Of a DNA stretch of 64,000 nucleotides, positions 29,168 to 42,300 are shown one piece after another. Source of the DNA: Azolla caroliniana (taxonomy: Eukaryota > Plantae > Polypodiophyta); NCBI GenBank assembly GCA_043228905.1, contig JBHGNT010000034.1:124001-188000 (forward strand), in the 5' to 3' direction. Numbering within the stretch: position 1 is the stretch's first letter; the number at the start of each line of letters is the position of its first letter. Below the pieces are notes generated by a model. It saw only the letters and a list, made by a program, of their open reading frames with translations. It ran no database searches and had not been told where the DNA came from. A program made the translations under genes and the position numbers.

Positions 29168-32100
29168 TGTAAAAAGTAGCGTGCGGAAGCAAGTATGAAG
29201 ACCGAACAGAAGGAAGAACGCTCAGGTTTAATGGAGAGCTTGAGCTTACGCAGTATACACGGGAGAGACAGAGATAGTGAGAGAGAAAAAACAAGAACTA
29301 TATTCAACAAAGAAGTACTCAATCTCTATTCACTACTTTATACATATGTGTGTTCAATGAACACTTTTATACAAGTCCTAGAAGGACTGACAGAAGGACT
29401 GACAGTACTTCAATGCTCATTAAGAGCTCCTACACTAACTCCCAAATATATTCCTTACGGAATATCTTTCCTAACGGCCTCCCGGTTTACGCACCGATCC
29501 GGCCCTACCTACGCACCGGTCTGCGTATCGGTTTACGCATTCGGCCTAACCGATCAGTCCCAACTGATCCGGTCCTCAGCTTCTTCAGCCGATTCGGCCG
29601 ATGTTGAGCTTGTCTCTCAACACTCCCCCTCAAGCTCAACTTGAGGCTCTTCGGGCTCACAACTCTGGTTCCTCCTGGCTTCACGCCTCGTTCGCGCTCC
29701 TCGACCTGTTCGACTCCGCGTGCTTCGACCCTTCCGGTCGGCTTGTCTGCTCATGTGGCCCTTATCAGCTCTTTTGCTGTTGCGGTGTTGACGCTTCTCC
29801 TGCTGCCTTTTCTTCTGTTTGGGCCTCGGTTGATTCAACGTATCTGAATCAAACATCCGAACCGACTTGGCTACCTCCGATCGGTTTTCGCTCTCGTCCG
29901 AGTTGGCTGTCTCCAACTTGTCTTCGGTCTTCTCGCCCTCGATGACGTCATCTTCCTCATGCGTGGTTGGCTTCGGCTCTCTCCTTCGGCTGCTCCCCTT
30001 CTGTCCGCTTCCGGACTTTTCCGTGGGTCCGCCCTCGGCTTCGCCGTCTCCACTCCTTTCCTGTTGCCTTGCTTGGTCGATCGAGACTGTTCTCCCCCTC
30101 AAGTTTGGCACGTCGAGGTGACGCAATCCGAGCGCACTTGAGAATTGCCGCAACTTGTCCAGACCAAGAGGCTTTGTGAAGATGTCGGCAGTCTGCCGAT
30201 CCGTCGACACGTACTGAAGTTCGACTTCACCGGAAAGGACACGCTCACGGACGAAATGGTAGTGCACCTCAATGTGCTTGGTTCGTGCGTGGAAAACGGG
30301 GTTTTTCGCGAGTTGGATGCTGCTGAGGTTGTCGCAGTAGATCGTCGTCGGATCTGACACCTCCTCTTGCAGGTCCCTAAGTAGCCGCTTCAACCATATG
30401 GCTTCGCATGTCGCGATAGCCGCTCCTCGGTACTCAGTTTCGGTGCTCGACAGTGCAACTGTCGGCTGCTTCTTACTGCTCCACGTGATCGCGGCACTCT
30501 CGAGGGAGAACGCGTATCCGGATGTGGATCGGCGATCGGCGGCGTTGCCAGCCCAATCAACATCGGTGTAGCCGACTAACTGCGCGGCTGCACCAGTCCG
30601 ATATAGCAGTCCCCGGTCCTTAGTGCCGTTGACATACCGAAGTATGCGTTGCGCACACTGAAGGTGCTCCTCGGTAGGTCGTGCCATGAACTGACTGATC
30701 ACTCCGACCGGATAACTGAGGTCGGGTCGGGTGATGGTCAAGTATATGAGGCTTCCAACAATTTGTCGGAACCTCGTCGGGTCGCATACCATTCCCGTAT
30801 CGGGACGAAGCTTGACGGTTCTGTCCAGAGGAGTCGAGATGGACTTACAGTCGGCCATCCTGAATTTGAAGAGCATATTCAGCGCGTAATGACGTTGGCT
30901 GATTAGTATGCCTTCGGGGCTGCAGATCACTTCGATCCCGAGAAAGTAATGAAGGTCCCCCAGATCCTTCATGTCGAACGATGTCGCAAGCTGGAGATTC
31001 ACGCGGTCGATTTCACCTAGGTCGGCGCCGGTGATGACCAAGTCATCAACATATAGTAGAATACTAACCGGTCCGAGTCGACCTTTCCGGATGAACAGGG
31101 AAGAGTCCGATTTTGACGCGACGAAGCCCATTCGACGCAAGTGTTGCGTGATCTTCATGTTCCAGGCATGTGGGGCTTGCTTCAGTCCGTAAAGGGACTT
31201 CTTCAGTCAGCATACTGCCGAGGAGTTCGTTCCAGAGTGAAATCCGGGGGGCTGTACCATGTACACCTGTTCCTCAAGGGCACCTTGCAGGAACGCATTC
31301 TTTACATCCATCTGATGTAAGTGCCACCCCTTCATCGCAGCTACTGTGAGCAAAACACGGTCGGTCGTCATTTTTGCGACCGGCGCAAACGTCACGTAGT
31401 AGTCAATGCCGTGTTTCTGCGTGTAGCCCTTTGCCACTAGTCGAGCCTTGTACCGGTTGACCGAGCCATCGGTGTTGTACTTGACCTTGTACACCCACCT
31501 ACACCCGATCGGCTTCACACCCTTCGGTGCGTCAACCAGGTCCCAGGTCTCGTTCTCCGCCAATGCGTGCATCTCTTCCTCCATCGCGGCACGCCAAGTC
31601 GCGTCTTTAGCCGCTTCTGCGTAGCTCTCCGGCTCACGCACTTCCGCTACACGGGTCATGTACGCATAATGATGCGCCATGTCCTCGTTGTATCCGAACC
31701 GCAAAACAGGATTCTTCTGGCGGGTAGATCCGCGTAATCTCACATTAGCCGATGTCGAAGCCTTCTCGATCGACGCAGACTTCACCTTTAAAGACCCGTC
31801 ACCGGTTCCCTCGGAGTCGGACTCGCATCGGTCTGACTCGTTCTTATCCGTGCCGGAATCTGACACCTTCTTCTTCCCTTTCTCTTTGCGCGTAAGCCGT
31901 CTCCTCAGCTTCCTGCGCGGGGAATGCACGGCCGAGTCTCCACTACTCGCCGACACTTCATCGGACTGGTCGTACCGACTCAGTCGTCCAATCGGTCCAC
32001 TTAAACGGAGTGAAATCGGACTCTCTTCGCGAGTCTCGATTTCAGGCTCATCTGGAGGCATCTCGGCCTCACTGACCTCATCGTCAAAGCTCGGATTGGA

Positions 32101-34919
32101 GTCGGGTTTCGGAGTCGAGGGTTGGTACCAAGACGCGGACTCGTCAAACACAACGTCGCGATTAACACGCGCTTGTTTGGTGCAAGGGTTATAACACTTA
32201 TAACCCTTCTGCTCGTCCGAGTAACCGACCAAGATGCATTTCTCGGCCTTTGCGTCCAGCTTCCTCCTTTTCTCCTTTGGTACATGCACATACGCAATGC
32301 TACCGAACACCCTCAAGTGTCGCAAGTTCGGCTTCGTTCCAAAATATAGCTCGTGCGCCGACACTTTGTCTCCGATCCGGTTCTGGATGTATACCACGGT
32401 CCTTACCACCTCGGCCCAGTAGAACTTGGGCAAGCTCTTCTCCTCCAGCCTTGCCTGTGCCGCTTCCACAACTGACCGATTTTTCCTCTCGGCCACGCCG
32501 TTCTGCTCCGGCGTGTATCTACAACTGAATTCACGCCGAATTCCCATTTGTTGTAGATAACTGTTGAATTGACCGGAAAAGTACTCTTTCCCGCCATCCG
32601 ATCGCAGGCACTTGATCTTTCGTCCCGTTTCCGTTTCCACGAACCCTTTGAGGTCCCGGAAACAATCGAAGACTTCGCTCCTCCTCTCAATGAGGTAGAT
32701 CCACGTGTGCCGCGTGTGGTCGTCGATGAAGGAGACGAAATATCGGCTCCCGCCAAGACTAACGTTTTGTGCCGGCCCCCATACATCGGAGTGTATAAGG
32801 TCGAGCTTGTTCCGGCTCCAGTTTCACTCGTTTGGGAAAGGAAGTCGGTGTTGCTTCCCGAGATGGCAGGCTTCATAAATTTGTGCCTTTCGGCCACTAA
32901 ATTTTGGCAATCCGAACACTACCTGTTTCGATTGCAGATCTTGAAGCCGTTGGTAGTTGACGTGGCCTATCTGCTTGTGCCACAAGTCGATGTCCGACTT
33001 GGATTTTTGTCCCTTCGCGAACATTGCGGTGCCGCCGTCAGTGGAATCGAGGATGAACATCCTCCCATCTTTGCGCCCTTGCGCAATCACACGGCCTTCT
33101 TCCTCGATGAAGCACCCGAGGTGTGTAAACCGAACCTCCATCCCTTGGTCGACGATCTGTCCGACCGAGACCAAGTTCTTCGTGATTTTCGGGACGTGCA
33201 ACACGTTCATGAGTTTCCCTTTCTGCCCGACATGGCTAAGGGGAACTTCTCCGACATTCGCGATCGGATGCAGAGTGTCGTCTCTAGTTGCGACTACTCT
33301 AGGTTGTATCAGTTTTTCAAGGTACGAGAACCACTCCTTATGGCTCGTCATGTGGTTTGACGCGCCGGAGTCTTCGTACCACACCTCGTCCGATCTCGGG
33401 GTGTTCTGTTTCATTGAGTTTGCTTTGTGTCTCGTCACGAAGGCAGACCCTTCTCCAGCTCTCCGGGAGTCTTTGGCGTAATGCGATCGCTGCCGATTTC
33501 CCTTGTCGGTATGTCCGGAGCCGTTTCCGGAACCGGTTCTCTCCGAATCGGCGCGCTTCTTCCAGCACTCACTTTCCCTGTGGCCTTTCTTGCCACAGTA
33601 CTAGCACTCCGCGATGGCCTTCCCTTGCCGGTTCTCATCGCTTCGACTCCCCCTGTTTCCGGAGGGTCCAGAGTTGCTGTCGGCATCACTTCGGTGCCTT
33701 CTTCCTTGATCTCGTCGGCCGCCGCCATTGCGCGCCGACTCGCCTCGTCCTCCACGTCCACGGGGCCTATCTCCCTTCGTGTACAACATTCTATTGTCTG
33801 TGTGCGTGCTTGTAGACGCACCCGCGTGGTTCTCCTCTACCAGGAGCATTGACTGTAAGTCGAAAAAGGACGACGTACTCTCCCGGGTACACACAACCGT
33901 TCGGAATGCTCTGAACTTCGACGCCAAACCTCCGAGACAAATCTGGACCATCTCGCTCTCCTCGATGTTCACCTCTATGGAGGCGAGGGAGTCGCAGATA
34001 TCCTTGATCTTTGAGGAATAGTCCGCCACCGACAAGTCCCGTTGTCGTAGGTTGCTCAACTCCTGTTGGAGCTGAAGCTTCCTGGCTGTGGTGCTCGCGG
34101 CGAAAATCTTCTTAAGATTTTCCCACGCACCCTTCGGCGTCTTTGCATCCCGAACATAGCTCAATAGCTATTCGCCCACACACGACGCGAAGCAGTATAA
34201 TACCCTGCTCGCCGATTGCTCCCACGACAGGAAGTCTCTGTGTGTCGATTCGGGTGCCGCGTCATTAGCTCCTTCGACATAACTCCAGTAGCCGTGCCCG
34301 AGCAGGTACTGGTGCATCTTGTAGGACCAAGACGCGTAGTTGGTTCTGTCGAGCTTCTCTGTTGGAAGCGAGCTCGCCATGCCTCTATCCATCGCTCTTC
34401 TTGTTCTTCTTCGTCAAGCTGTGTCGGCTGCAGAGAGGTTCTCAACCCTCGCGCTCTGATACCATGTAAAAAGTAGCGTGCGGAAGCAAGTATGAAGACC
34501 GAATAGAAGGAAGAACGCTCAGGTTTAATGGAGAGCTTGAGCTTACGCAGTATACGCGGGAGAGACAGAGATAGTGAGAAAGAAAAAACAAGAACTATAT
34601 TCAACAAAGAAGTACTCAATCTCTATTCACTACTCTATACATATGTGTGTTCAATGAACACTTTTATACAAGTCCTAGAAGGACTGACAGAAGGACTGAC
34701 AGTACTTCAATTCTCATTAAGAGCTCCTACACTAATTCCCAAATATATTCCTTACGGAATATCTTTCCTAACGGCCTCCCGGTTTACGCACCGATCCGGC
34801 CCTACCTACGCACCGGTCTGCGTATCGGTTTACGCATTCGGCCTAACCGATCAGTCCCAACCGATCCGGTCCTCGGCTTCTTCAGCCGATCCGGCCGATG
34901 TTGAGCTTGTCTCTCAACA
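29168..34919 (-). mobile_element. Full-length Ty1/copia LTR retrotransposon (copia-1), 5752 bp
   Basis: 455-bp LTRs at 29168-29622 and 34465-34919 (TG...CA, about 9 substitutions by eye), TSD CCCAC (29163-29167, 34920-34924), tRNA-iMet PBS TGGTATCAGAGC next to 34464, PPT CTTGAGGGGGAG at 29623-29634. Domain order gag-PR-IN-RT-RH. Confidence 0.97.
29617..34392 (-). pseudogene. copia-1 gag-pol, single frame with four in-frame stops
   Basis: ORF pieces share one frame; stops at 34168, 33601, 32824 and 31207. Zinc knuckle C*YCGKKGHRESEC, protease DSGASNHM, integrase RSDGGKEY and [16 protein letters not shown], RNase H ADIFTK. Confidence 0.92.
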
Positions 34920-35719
34920 CCCACAAACAAAATGTTGAGTCTTTAGAAGAATAGATCATTGAGCAACAATCACCACGATGCTTGAATCTTTGTTTTCCCA
35001 TGCACCAATCCTTCTTGCTCAAATAGATATCCATGATTTATCTTGTTGACAGATATTCGTAATCATGCAAATCTATAAACCATGAAATGCATTTCCAAAT
35101 CCAATATTGCCACACCACCTAATTGTTTGGGAGTAGTCAAATGATCCCATGAAACTCCCATGTTTTCTCCCTTTTGCCACAACATGTACTGAAGAGGTTG
35201 GAACAATGTTTGTAAAGTCTTCTTAGTCCAAGGGAGTAGTGGTAAAAAATAGAATAACATTCGTATCATGATACATTGCACCACTTTGAGTTGACATGAA
35301 ATGACCATAATTGAGACCTCCTATACATAAATCTATCCTTCGATTTACTACCAATCAAGTAAATCAATTGCAACATCAACACCCAATGGATACCTTGAAT
35401 GTCGATAAATCGATCATTGTGTAACCATTAACTCTCGCCATCCCAAACATTCTGAATCACTCTTCGTACAAGAAATAAGGCAATCCGTCCTCCAATTTAT
35501 ATGCAATCCTGAAGCCAAGGCAAATTGGTCCAAACTTGTGTACTCATTTCAATATATTTTTTTGAGGCTCAGAGAAACATAAAAGAATCATCAGCCAAAG
35601 CTTGTGCCACCGATTGTCCACCAAAGGAAGCTGCAAACGCACAATATCACTAGTAGTTGCAAGATCGGACAACATCACTAACAAAGGATGTATTAAGCAT
35701 TAAGCATCACACGAGATAC

Positions 35720-35721
<2 letters not shown>

Positions 35722-35757
<36 letters not shown>
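35722..35757. repeat. (CT)n microsatellite upstream of AP-4 epsilon
   Basis: Direct reading. Confidence 0.95.
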
Positions 35758-35759
<2 letters not shown>

Positions 35760-36372
35760 GTTACTAGTATGTACATATGTAGTAGTAATAGGAGTCGTAA
35801 CAAAGGATTGAACAAAAGTTCACACAGGCCTCTCCTTCGAAGTTCTCTTTCTTCTCCTTCGTCTTCGTCTAAATCTGTTGGCTGCAGAACGGAACTGAAG
35901 GAAAATCTGGAAAGCTTCTCCGGGTGTAGTTCGAATCTGATCCGCATCATATTGATATCATTCGATCGCTTTGTCTTCTCACAAAAAGCTATCTCTGTGT
36001 TTGCTAATTTGGGTTCTGAGATTGATCAAGTTCTTGAATTTCTTCATCAGAAAGATCAGAAAAGATCCGTTTGTGTTTTTTAGTTTTTTTGAGATTCTGA
36101 TTTTCTCTTTGAAATCCACGACCAGAAATTATCCTTGTCTCCTCATTATTAGATCAGAGGGCAGAAAACTTGTTATTCCTCACAGATCTCAGCTCAAATG
36201 AGCGGAAGATTTATGTGAATGTGATAAGCGTTTACATTTACAGAATCCGCCTTTCACAAATGAACACCTCCTGTTTTACCATTATTTGCGTTCAGTTCAA
36301 TACGAAATTGTAAGTTTTTATTTTGGCAGAGGTTTCATTGTGCATTTGATACATTTCAAAAATTATCAGAAA

Positions 36373-39300
36373 ATGGAGCAATTGAAGAACATCGGTAGAG
36401 AGCTGGCAATGGGCTCTCAAGGCTCATCAAAAGAGTTTCTTGATCTTGTTAAAGCAATAGGAGAGGCCAAATCAAAGGCTGAGGAAGAGAGAATAGTCAC
36501 TGAAGAAATTGAGGTTTTGAAGAAGAAAATAGCCGAACCTGATGTCCCTCGGAGGAGGATGAAAGAATATATAATACGCCTTGTATATGTAGAAATGCTT
36601 GGACATGATGCCTCCTTTGGGTACATACAAGCAGTAAAGATGACCCATGATGACAACTTATTGCTGAAAAAGACTGGATATCTTGCAGTTACTTTGTTTC
36701 TGAACGAGGATCATGATTTGATTATACTCATTGTCAATACGATCCAGAAGGATCTGCGGTCAGATAATTTCCTAGTTTGTTGTGCTGCACTTACTGCAGT
36801 TTGTAGGCTCATTAATGAAGAAACTATTCCTGCAGTTCTTCCTCAGGTAGTGGATCTGCTAGGGCACCAGAAGGAGCTTGTTCGCAAGAAAGCTGTCATG
36901 GCTTTGCATAGGTTTCACCAAAGGTCTCCATCAGTAGTGGCACATTTGGTGCCAAAGTTCAGAAAGGTATGGTTGCATCTATTATTGATCACATGGATGT
37001 ATGCATCATTAGCCAGGGAGTGATTGGTTATTGACTTATCATTGATCTCAGTGCCGCTCATGCTTTCTTATGGTTATTTATGACAGATTCTGTGCGATAA
37101 TGATCCGAGCGTAATGACCGCATCTTTGTGTGCACTGTTCGATCTCATCTCTGGGGAAATTGATGCATATAAGAATTTGACATCTAGCTTTGTCAGCATC
37201 TTGAAGCAGGTGGTTGAACATAGGCTGCCAAAACCCTACAATTACCACGGTGCTCCAGCTCCATTTATACAGGTATGTTTTACAAAAGGGTCTAACGCTA
37301 CTACCTACAACTTTGAAATTGTGGTTATCCTCAACTTCTATTATTTTTATTGCAGATAAAATTGCTGAAAATTCTGGCTTTACTTGGAGCTGGGGACAAG
37401 AAAACGAGTGAGAATATGTTTAGTGTTCTTAGTGATGTATTAAGAAAATCTGAACCAAACGGAAACATTGGAAATGCATTGATCTATGAGTGTATCTGTA
37501 CGATTACTTCCATCCATCCCAATATCAAGCTTTTAGAGACTGCGGCTGAGCATACATCTAGATTTTTGAAGGTATACGAATCACAACGAGTGATTTTTGT
37601 GCTTTTTTATGATTAATGTGAATTTTTTTTGTGTTTCTTTTTGCCCAATTCCAGAATGAAAGTCACAATTTGAAGTATGTGGGCATTGATGCGCTTAGTC
37701 GGATAATAAAGATTAATCCAGATTTTGCAGAGGAGCACCAACTGGCGGTTATTGACTGCCTAGAGGTAGGATATAATGACAAAGTTAGTTAGCCCTTTCT
37801 TTTTAACACGGTTCAAAAGAGTCTGAATTTTGTGTGGACCTTGCATACTTATCAATCAAACTTGAATTGTTTTGTGCTATTATTGGCAGGATCCAGACGA
37901 TACATTAAAAAGGCAAACTTTGGAGCTTCTATACAAGATGACGAAATCGTCAAATGTTGAGGTCATTGTTGATCGTATGGTCAGCTACATGAAGAGCTTA
38001 ACAGATGCTCATAACAAAACAGAAATAGCTTCTCGCTGCATAGAATTAGCTGAGCGTTTTGCACCTAATAATCAATGGTTTATTCAGGTGCATACAAATA
38101 ATACAAACCTTTCTCGTTGATAGCTTTCCTGGTAATCTTCCCGAACCACAAGACTAATGAAAAATGATCTAATCTTCCTGACAGACAATGAACCAAGTAT
38201 TTGAGCATGCCGGTGATCTTGTTCCAATCAAGGTAGCACATGACTTGATGAGATTAATTGCAGAAGGCGCAGGTGAAGAGGATGAAGATGCCGATAGCCA
38301 ACTTCGATCTTCTGCAGTATGTGTCACTTTCAAATCTCCATGCTATATATGCTCAATTGTCAGCTTATATTCTCTTAAAACTAGGTTATAGGGCCCATGC
38401 AATATTTCAATACTGAGTGTACCCATTTTCCATGTGTGACATGTAGTTGTCTACCTACACATTGTGCTTGGAACTTCAAAATGATAAAAAAAGCTTTACA
38501 CTATTAGAGCTTGAAATGTGTGACTACATCTGCATGCCGTATAGAAAGATGGAAGTGACCTGCATATCAAGTAATGAGAGTTTTGTCTCATTTCCTGTAA
38601 GTGGATGGATTCAAATCAAGCTGAGATACTCAAAGGCCGAACTTGAGCAAATGAAGGGCCCTAGTTATAGGTACTCAGGCAACCATCTGACATGCCGAAT
38701 TATTATATGATAGATTTGACAGAAAAAGCAGAATGATAATAAGCTGCTATCTTTGAAGAACTAATGCTGCATGACCATCTGATATCACAACCATATTTGC
38801 CCCATGAATCATGAGCTGGGTCCTCTAACTATGTGAAACTTGAGAGGGACGAATAGTAAGGGTAGATATTGAAACGATTGCGGGCACTGTATATTCAATA
38901 CTTTTTCTGTAAATGGTTGTGTACCATCTCTGTCTAGAGTCCTCAATTGCTCTGCATGGAGGCGTGAACAATCTCTCATGCTCCTATGTGTAAGTTTTAT
39001 GTTGGATAAGTGCCTCCATCAATGCTCAAAGGAAACATGTTCCCTTTACAAAATTGGGTTCCAAGTTGTATCGAGTTTCCTTAAAAACTTTTTCTGTAAA
39101 TAGTTGTTAAAGAAAAATGAGAAGGAACATCTGTTCAGTAATATACATTGGTATGTCACAACTAGAGGGAGAAAATACAGAGATCGCTTATTTTTACATG
39201 AGGAGAAAGTTCCTCTTTATGCCAAGATATGGCCGTTGGGCTAACTAGCTGTTGGAAACAACTAGCCGTTGGGCTAACCGTTATAACTTTTAAACATTCT

Positions 39301-42300
39301 CAACACTCCCCCTCAAGATGGGTGAAAAATATCCACTAAGCCCATCTTGTCACACAATCTAGTAAGACTTATTGGCCCAAGTCCCTTTGTAAGACAATCT
39401 GCTACTTGATGTTCAGTAGAAACATGACTCAATTTTAATATTCCATTATCAAGCTTTTCCTTGATAAAGAATCTGTCGATTTTGATGTGCTTGGTCCTAT
39501 CGTGCTATACCGGATTGTTGGCAATGCTGATTGCTGACTTATTGTCACACCACAACATCATCTGATTTTCTTGATTCACCTTTAGTTATACTAGGAGAGT
39601 TCTCAGCCATAACATCTCTGCAACTCCTATAGCAATAGCTCTATACTCTGCTTCGGCTGTTGACCTTGCTACTACTGACTGTTTCTTACTCTTCCAAGAG
39701 ACCAGATTGCCTCCAACAAACATGCAATATCCTGATGTGGATTTCCTATCATCAACACAACTAGCCCAATCAGAATCACAATAGCCCTCAATGTTAAAAG
39801 GACCATGTTTTCTAAAGATTAATCCCTTCCCCGGGGCACCTTTGAGATATCTCAGAATATGGTACACTGCATCCATATGATCTTTCCTCAGATCATGCAT
39901 GTAGCGACTTACCACACTTACTGCAAATGAAATATCTAGACGGGTGTGAGTCAAATAAATTAGCCGATCTACCAATCTTTGATACCTTTCACGATCAACT
40001 TTCTCTCCTGCAAGTTCAGTTAGCTTGATCTTTTGGTCGATTGCAGAAGCTACGGGCCTACAACCCAACATTCCAATTTCTGTGAGAAGATCTAATACAT
40101 ATTTTCGCTGACATAGAACAACTCCTTCTGCTCCACGAGCTACCTCAATTCCAAGAAAGTATCGTAGCAATCCTAGATCCTTCACCTCAAACTCTTTACC
40201 CAATTGCACCTTCAGTTGGGCAATTTCCCCTTCATCGTTACCCGTGATAATTATATCATCCACATACATAGCAAGTAATGTAGTATGCTCCTTGTGTTGT
40301 CGAAAAAACACTGTATGGTCTGCATTTGTCTGTTGGTATCCCATACCCACCATAGCCCTTCTTAACTTGTCGAACTAGGCTCAAGGAGATTGCTTCAGTC
40401 CATAAAGCGACTTCCTTAGTCTGCAAACCTTACCTATTGTTTGAATTGTACCAAAACCTGGGGGGACATCCATGTACACTTCCTCCAACTCTCCATGAAG
40501 GAATGCATTTTTTACATCTAATTGATGTAATTTCCAATCCTTATTCACAGCTAAGGAAATAAGCGTTCTAACAGTGCTCATCTTCGCTACAGGTGCAAAA
40601 GTCTCATCATAGTCAATGCCATATGTCTGACTATATCCTTTAGCCACCAATCGTGCCTTGTATCGATCTATTTTTCCCTCTGGGGTCTGTTTTATTGTAA
40701 ACACCCATTTGCGCCCAACCGCCTTCTTTCCTGGTGGTAGTGACACAATCTCCCAAGTTTTGTTCTTCTCAAGAGCTCCGAGTTCTTCTTGCATGGTTGC
40801 TTTCCATTTTGGATCTTCTTTAGCAACCTGCCAACACTTGGGTAAAGTGACAGAGTCTAATGATGCAATGAATGCTCTATGTGTAGCTGATATGTTAGAA
40901 TAAGAGATAAACTGAGCAATATCATGAGGAAAACCATAACGATCAGGAGGGACTCCTGCATTACTGCGAGAGGTCCTCCTAATCTCTATAGGAGAAGGAG
41001 AGGAAATCATATCACCTGTGATTTCTGGGTTTGGGAGTTCTCTAGGTATTTCAGAAGTCGAGGCAGGTTGGGACATGGAACTTGATGGCACATGTGGCAC
41101 TGAAGATGTGTTCATATTTCCTTCTTTCTGCCTCCTCTTCCTTGTATTCACCTTTAGCTCCCCCTCAGCTTGAGTCCCAACACATATAGGCTCCTCGTCT
41201 TCGTTTCCTTCTTCTTCCGTACCGCCTACGCTCACTTGTTTCTCAGCTGATGTAGGGATCAATAAAGGAATTGATCCTATTTTTAGCAACCTCTCACCAT
41301 TATCTCCTTCCCTCATATTTTATAATATGGCTCTGACTCTCTGAAATGCACATCCATGCTCGCAAATAATCTCTTCTCTACTGGACTCCAGCAAACATAG
41401 CCTTTTTGTGTGGCAGAGTATCCCACAAATACACATTTTACAGCTTTAGGATCAAGTTTTCCTACAGATGGTCTACTGTCCTTTACAAAACACACACTTC
41501 CAAACACCTTCAAAGGAAGGGTTCCTAGAGTTAATCCCTTGCAACAACTCACATGGAGACTTCCATTCCAATACCCTAGAGGGCATTCTATTGATCAATG
41601 TGGCAGCCGTCAAAACTGCCTGTCCCCACAACTGCTTTGGGACATTCATAGAAATCATCATTTTGTTCTGGTGTATATGGGCATGTAGTTTGATGTTTTA
41701 TTCCTTGATCTGAGAGGTATGCCCTAAATGTCATGTTAGCATACTTTGTTCCATTATCAGACCTCAACACTTTTACCACTGCACCATGTTGAGTTTGAAC
41801 TGCTCTATGAAAATCTTTAAAACAAGCAAATACTTCATTCTTTTTCCTCATCAAATATAACCAGGTCACACAAGAGAAGCAATCAATGAAAGAGACAAAA
41901 TATCGATATCCATTAATAGAACTTGTGGAACATGGTCCCCAAACATCGGAGTGTATTACATCAAATGCATGGGAACTCCTATGACCTGAACTAGCATATG
42001 AACTTTTAGTAAGCTTACCAAATTCACATGCATCACAAACAAGTTTTGTTTTATCAGCCTTTTTAAAAAGGTTTGGATACACCCGACTCAAAACGCCATA
42101 AGAGGTATGTCCCATACGTTGGTGGTAAAGTATCAACAACTCCTCATAACTCATTTTAGATCCCCTTACATCTGTTCCCTCTACCATAGATGCTAATGCT
42201 GAATCCAGCCCTTCACAATCCAGATACCATAGACCATTATGCCATTTGCCAGTCCCAAGTTTCCGACCTGTCCCTTTCTCTTGGAATATCACCTTGGGAA

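Larger units (their letters stand above)
28480..35690 (-). mobile_element. Degenerate L1-type LINE ORF2, split by the copia insertion at 29168-34919
   Basis: AQALADDSF (RT catalytic region, ~35590), VSWDHLTTPKQLGGVAILDL (~35130) and RAKVFIWRL (zf-RVT, ~28640), with many stops and frameshifts. Ends approximate. Confidence 0.72.

Noticed and set aside
32569-33360. 263-aa plus-strand ORF and other antisense ORFs over copia-1
   Set aside because: Shadow ORFs of a GC-rich gag-pol; no independent motifs.
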